A stretch of 56,904 nucleotides of DNA, from positions 45,640-102,543 of the forward strand of contig CAZJAQ010000001.1 of the NCBI GenBank assembly GCA_964544285.1, in the 5' to 3' direction. Of this stretch, positions 53,483 to 56,904 are shown in pieces (positions within the stretch are counted from its first letter, which is position 1; each line of letters begins with the position of its first letter). Origin of the DNA: an uncultured Candidatus Bathyarchaeia archaeon. Its GTDB lineage: Archaea > Thermoproteota > Bathyarchaeia > Bathyarchaeales > SOJC01. A program made the translations under genes and the position numbers. The notes below the pieces were generated by a model. It was not told the origin of the DNA and searched no databases. It saw only the letters and a program-made list of their open reading frames with translations.

Positions 53483-54178
53483 TCAGTCTTGGGGGGCGGG
53501 TTTCGCTTGAGGTTTGAAGAGCCTCTTCTCATAAGCAGACTTCGGCTTGAACCTAATTCCATACTGCGTCGCTGTTCTGCGTTCCACGTTCTTCGCCCTA
53601 GCTACGGCTCTTGCAACCCGTGTCTTCGAAGGTCTCCGAATTCTAAAGGGTTTTACGGGAACTGGCGTGAAGGGTTTCTCTACTGACTTGGTTGCTCTAC
53701 GTTTTCTTCGAGGCGTCTGCGCTGTTTCTCCTTCCTTCAGTTCCTTTTTGAAGGTAACAACTCGCTCCTTCAAATCCACGCTCTGAACTTTCCAGCCAGC
53801 ATTCGTCCAAGAGTAACCTTGGGAAGTTGCTTTGCTGTTGTTCCACCACTCTTCGCTGCGTAGAGCGCCGAAAGGTAAGTCACTGTTGATTATTCCTTCG
53901 ATTCTAGCGAAGGTTAACGTCACCAAGCGGGTGAATTGTCCTCGACGCCACAAATACTCCCTCAAAGGAGCGTACTTCGAACCACCGCGTTTGGGTGCGA
54001 CTATTCTCCTAGCACAGTTCAGGCAGATAAGGTCTCTTCGTTCGCTCCACAAGTTCATGGTCATGCAGCTTCGGCAGTAGAGCTTCTTGCAAATGGGGCA
54101 ATGCCTCAGTGAGTATAGGGATAGGACTCTGCCGCAGAGGGTGCATTCGTCTTTCATACAAGAGATACTGATGTGCAC
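53483..54178 (-). CDS. hypothetical protein: N-terminal 4x CxxC zinc module, conserved WW..N/AGW domain, Lys/Arg-rich tail
   Basis: CTLC-x11-CPIC-x4-CRSC-x13-CLNC, then KYAPLREYLWRRG…VTLTFARIEGIINSDLPFGALRSEEWWNN…WTNAGWKVQSVDLKERVVTFKK, then a basic tail. GTG start, with an alternative ATG at 54157. Confidence 0.6.
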   Translation of the reverse strand: MHISISCMKDECTLCGRVLSLYSLRHCPICKKLYCRSCMTMNLWSERRDLICLNCARRIVAPKRGGSKYAPLREYLWRRGQFTRLVTLTFARIEGIINSDLPFGALRSEEWWNNSKATSQGYSWTNAGWKVQSVDLKERVVTFKKELKEGETAQTPRRKRRATKSVEKPFTPVPVKPFRIRRPSKTRVARAVARAKNVERRTATQYGIRFKPKSAYEKRLFKPQAKPAPQD

Positions 54179-54219
54179 GCATAGAAAAAGATGCTGATAA
54201 TGGACCTATTGAAGCTTAG

Positions 54220-54399
54220 TCATGGTGGAGGGAATAAGATTAGCAGAATAGCTAACAGAATTAGGAAAGTGTTGAGGAGCGATATTGCTTCTGCTGTTTT
54301 GCCTCTTCTCCAAAAAACCGCCAGTCCCACGAGCCCACATGCGATTAGAAGCACGACAATTGGAATCATAGCGATGTTGACAAACTGCAGTTCGAACAT
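54220..54399 (-). CDS. small two-TM membrane protein (59 aa), below the ORF-track size cutoff
   Basis: Hand translation gives MFELQFVNIAMIPIVVLLIACGLVGLAVFWRRGKTAEAISLLNTFLILLAILLILFPPP. GAGGG lies 8 nt upstream of the ATG. Confidence 0.4.
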   Translation of the reverse strand: MFELQFVNIAMIPIVVLLIACGLVGLAVFWRRGKTAEAISLLNTFLILLAILLILFPPP

Positions 54400-54556
54400 A
54401 AATTTTCCCTCAAGACAAAGTTTAAAATCTATACTTTAAAGATTTTTTGCAAGCTCTCGATTGAACTCCTCCATGCCCTTCGGTGTAGTTTTCGCATACG
54501 CACACAACCCTATCAACAAGGGCTTAGAAAGGCACCTAAGAAGGTAAGGGATATTA

Positions 54557-55855
54557 TTGAGAATCGGGTTCTTCGTTTGGGAATACCCACCCGCTATAGT
54601 CGGCGGCTTGGGAACCTACGCTGACTACATCACCCGCGAGTTCATAAACATGGGACACGACGTCACAGTCTTCACCCTCAACCCTAGCAACCTAAAAACT
54701 CGAGAGGTGCACAAGGGCGTGGAGATACACCGCCCCAAAATCGCCGACGTCAGCAACGTCTTCCCAATGTTTGTCATCGACGACTTGCGAAAATGGGGAA
54801 CCAACATCCGCTTCTTCAACGACATCTTCATCTACAACGTCCTCAGCGCGACCAAGTTCATCAACAGCATCCTAAAGAAAGAGGGCTACAAATTCGACAT
54901 CGCATGCGTCCACGACTGGCTAAGCTGCATAGCAGGCATCATAACCAAGAACGAAACCAAGCTGCCCGTGGTCTTCCACGTGCACAGCACCGAATGGGGC
55001 AGAAGCGGAGGCTACGGCTCAGAAGTCGTCTCCCACCTCGAAACCGCCACAGCCCAAACCGCAGACCACATAATAACCGTCAGCGACGCCATGCGAGAAG
55101 ACCTCATCCGCCACGGCTGGCCCGGCTCCAAAATCAGCGTCGTCTGGAACGGCGTCGACCCAAAACGCTACAACCCGGAGAAATGCAAGAAGGAAGACGT
55201 TGAACGAATACGCAAAAAATACGGTGTCGACGATGGTTGGCGCATGGTTCTCTTCCTCGGACGGCTCACGTGGGTGAAGGGTGTGAGAAACCTCGTCCAA
55301 GCCATGCCTATGGTTCTGAAAGAATATCCGAAGACCAAGCTTGTGATTCTTGGCAAGGGAGAGGAACAGAAAGACGTGATCGAGATGGCGCACAGACTTG
55401 GCATACACGACAGGGTGAATTGTTGCTTCGAGTTCGTGCCAGAAGACGAACGCATACTCCACTACGCCGCCGCAGACGTCTGCATCTTCCCATCGATCTA
55501 CGAACCCTTCGGCATAGTCAGCCTAGAAGCAATGTCGATGGCAAAGCCCGTAATCGTGGGCGCTCAAGGAGTAGTCGGCTTCCGAGAACAAGTCGTCTCG
55601 TCTGGACCTGAACAGAACGGCATCCACGTGAACGGCAACGACCCAGCAGACATCGCGTGGGGAATAAAAGAAACGTTGAAAGACCCTGAAAAGGCGAAGC
55701 AGTGGGGCGAAAACGGACGCAAACGCGTCATACAATACTTCACGTGGAGAAAGGCAGCGGAACAAACTCTGGAAGTATATCAGAGTATCGCGACGAAGGA
55801 ACTGCAGACGCAGTGTGTCTCCTTAGAAGAAGTGCCTCCACGAAAAACATCTTAA
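54557..55855 (+). CDS. GT-B glycosyltransferase (glycogen synthase / GT4-GT5-like)
   Basis: MRIGFFVWEYPPAIVGGLGTYADYI, HDWLS and EPFGIVSLEAM motifs. TTG start. Confidence 0.8.
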   Translation: MRIGFFVWEYPPAIVGGLGTYADYITREFINMGHDVTVFTLNPSNLKTREVHKGVEIHRPKIADVSNVFPMFVIDDLRKWGTNIRFFNDIFIYNVLSATKFINSILKKEGYKFDIACVHDWLSCIAGIITKNETKLPVVFHVHSTEWGRSGGYGSEVVSHLETATAQTADHIITVSDAMREDLIRHGWPGSKISVVWNGVDPKRYNPEKCKKEDVERIRKKYGVDDGWRMVLFLGRLTWVKGVRNLVQAMPMVLKEYPKTKLVILGKGEEQKDVIEMAHRLGIHDRVNCCFEFVPEDERILHYAAADVCIFPSIYEPFGIVSLEAMSMAKPVIVGAQGVVGFREQVVSSGPEQNGIHVNGNDPADIAWGIKETLKDPEKAKQWGENGRKRVIQYFTWRKAAEQTLEVYQSIATKELQTQCVSLEEVPPRKTS

Positions 55856-56529
55856 ACGTATTCCAGAAGCTCGGTCAAACTCCCAATCTTCTCAACATCT
55901 TCTTCTTTAACGGAGTCGTCGCGGTCAATAAGTAACGCCTTCAAACCGCATTTTTTGGCTCCCCTGTAGTCGTGTTCCACGCTGTCACCCACGAAGATAA
56001 CTTCCTGAGGCTGGATACCCAGTTTCGTAATAGCATGCAAGAACATTTCCTTGCATGGCTTAATCTTTCCAACAGTATCTGAAGCTATCTCCACGTCGAA
56101 GAACCCTGTCAACCCAACTTTCGACAAAATCTCTCTCACATCGCTTTCCAAACCATTCGTCACGAGACCGATTTTCAAGCCACCCTGCCTAAGCAATCGC
56201 AATGTTTCCCGGGCATCAGGGTAAAGTTCAACATCAGAATACTGCCACCATAGTTTCGCTATCCTCTCCGCCAAGAAGGGCACGTTGTCGCGAATTCCCA
56301 GATTATTCAAGACATGCCCATTCCACTTATGCCAAAACGCTTCTCCGAGAATGGGCAGTTCCCCGATGTCTACGTTTTTCTCGGCAGCAGTTCTTGCTTG
56401 CTCAATCTCCTCTGTCGAGCGTTCAATGCCCTGGGCTTTCAGTATCTTCCCCGTTACTTCAGAAACAGGTTGACCCTTCACTAACGTTCCTCCCAAGTCG
56501 AAGAGAACCGCCTTTATCTTCACTGCCAT
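55852..56529 (-). CDS. HAD-superfamily hydrolase (subfamily IA)
   Basis: AVLFDLGGTLV (DxG variant of motif I), VTNG and VGDSVEHDYRGAKKCG. I prefer the start MAVKIK at 56529. Confidence 0.8.
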   Translation of the reverse strand: MAVKIKAVLFDLGGTLVKGQPVSEVTGKILKAQGIERSTEEIEQARTAAEKNVDIGELPILGEAFWHKWNGHVLNNLGIRDNVPFLAERIAKLWWQYSDVELYPDARETLRLLRQGGLKIGLVTNGLESDVREILSKVGLTGFFDVEIASDTVGKIKPCKEMFLHAITKLGIQPQEVIFVGDSVEHDYRGAKKCGLKALLIDRDDSVKEEDVEKIGSLTELLEYV

Positions 56530-56768
56530 CAACCCCTGAAGAGCCTTCTCGTTGAAGAGAAGCTTGCTATTTAACGTTTTCTCGCCAAACATAACATGGA
56601 CATTCGAGAATGCAAAGACTGCAAAAAATCTGGAGGCATAGAGTATTGAAAAAGTGCAGGGTAGAAGTCCTTGTTGTATGGCGTTTTTGGGCTGAAGGAG
56701 GATTTTCCTCGAGTAGAATTTGGCTGCTCTACGGTGCTTTTCTTGGTTTGCGATGCGAGGGATAGACT

Positions 56769-56808
56769 ATGACACATGTCATATTTAAGAGTGTTTCTCA
56801 GAAACACG
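56769..56808. promoter_or_regulatory. third ATGAC-N4-GTCAT palindrome, TATA-like box and a perfect 8-bp inverted repeat
   Basis: ATGACACATGTCAT (56769-56782), ATATTTAAG, then GTGTTTCT-C-AGAAACAC (56792-56808). Intergenic, near the right window edge. Confidence 0.5.
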
Positions 56809-56904
56809 CATTGTCAATACTGATTGTTCTTTTCAATCCGTGATTCATAAGGCTTTTTTGATATGCTGACCGCTGTAGGCTTACAGTTGTAAGAAGCGTG
56901 ATTT

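Noticed and set aside
54793-55611. Arg/Pro-rich plus-strand ORFs 54793..55203 and 55237..55611, and minus-strand ORFs inside the glycosyltransferase gene.
   Set aside because: Alternative or antisense frames of the GT gene, kept open by the skewed composition.

Overview
Archaeal chromosomal segment of about 60 tightly packed genes, mostly housekeeping and metabolic. The archaeal call rests on ribosomal protein S26e, archaeal-type ProRS, ThrRS with the archaeal editing domain, a tRNA with a non-canonical intron, TATA boxes 30-45 nt upstream of starts, and many TTG/GTG starts. A TACK/Bathyarchaeia-like origin is my inference only.

Recognisable content:
- DNA repair: Y-family polymerase and an Fpg/Nei homolog.
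- Proteolysis and nucleotide hydrolysis: TldD/PmbA and two transglutaminase-like + NUDIX gene pairs.
- Redox: a tungsten-type aldehyde:ferredoxin oxidoreductase.
- Transport: a FtsX/ABC transporter operon.
- Glycolysis: a bacterial-type fba-pfp operon.
- Translation: proS, thrS, rps26e and one tRNA-Leu(CAA).
- Amino-acid metabolism: aminotransferases.
- Mevalonate-pathway genes: thiolase-like protein and DUF35-HMGCS fusion.
- Regulation and metal handling: two divergent regulators with shared palindromic operators, and a probable metal-homeostasis cluster (VIT, DUF211, MFS, MBL).

I found no rRNA, CRISPR array, transposase, integrase or obvious defence island.

Most interesting observations:
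1. A stand-alone AglB/STT3 C-terminal (WWDYG + DK) domain protein ends the FtsX/ABC operon.
2. The thiolase-fold protein lacks both catalytic residues, next to an intact DUF35-HMGCS fusion coupled to a Yip1-like gene.
3. An extreme, mirror-symmetric A+C versus G+T strand bias is centred on the tRNA-Leu/proS intergenic region and creates huge spurious ORFs.
4. tRNA-Leu carries a D-arm intron.
5. A 32-nt near-identical repeat pair sits in inverted orientation 38.5 kb apart.
6. A 14-bp palindrome, ATGAC(R)-N2-TGTCAT, is present three times.

All calls come from reading the sequence and recalling family motifs. No database search was run.
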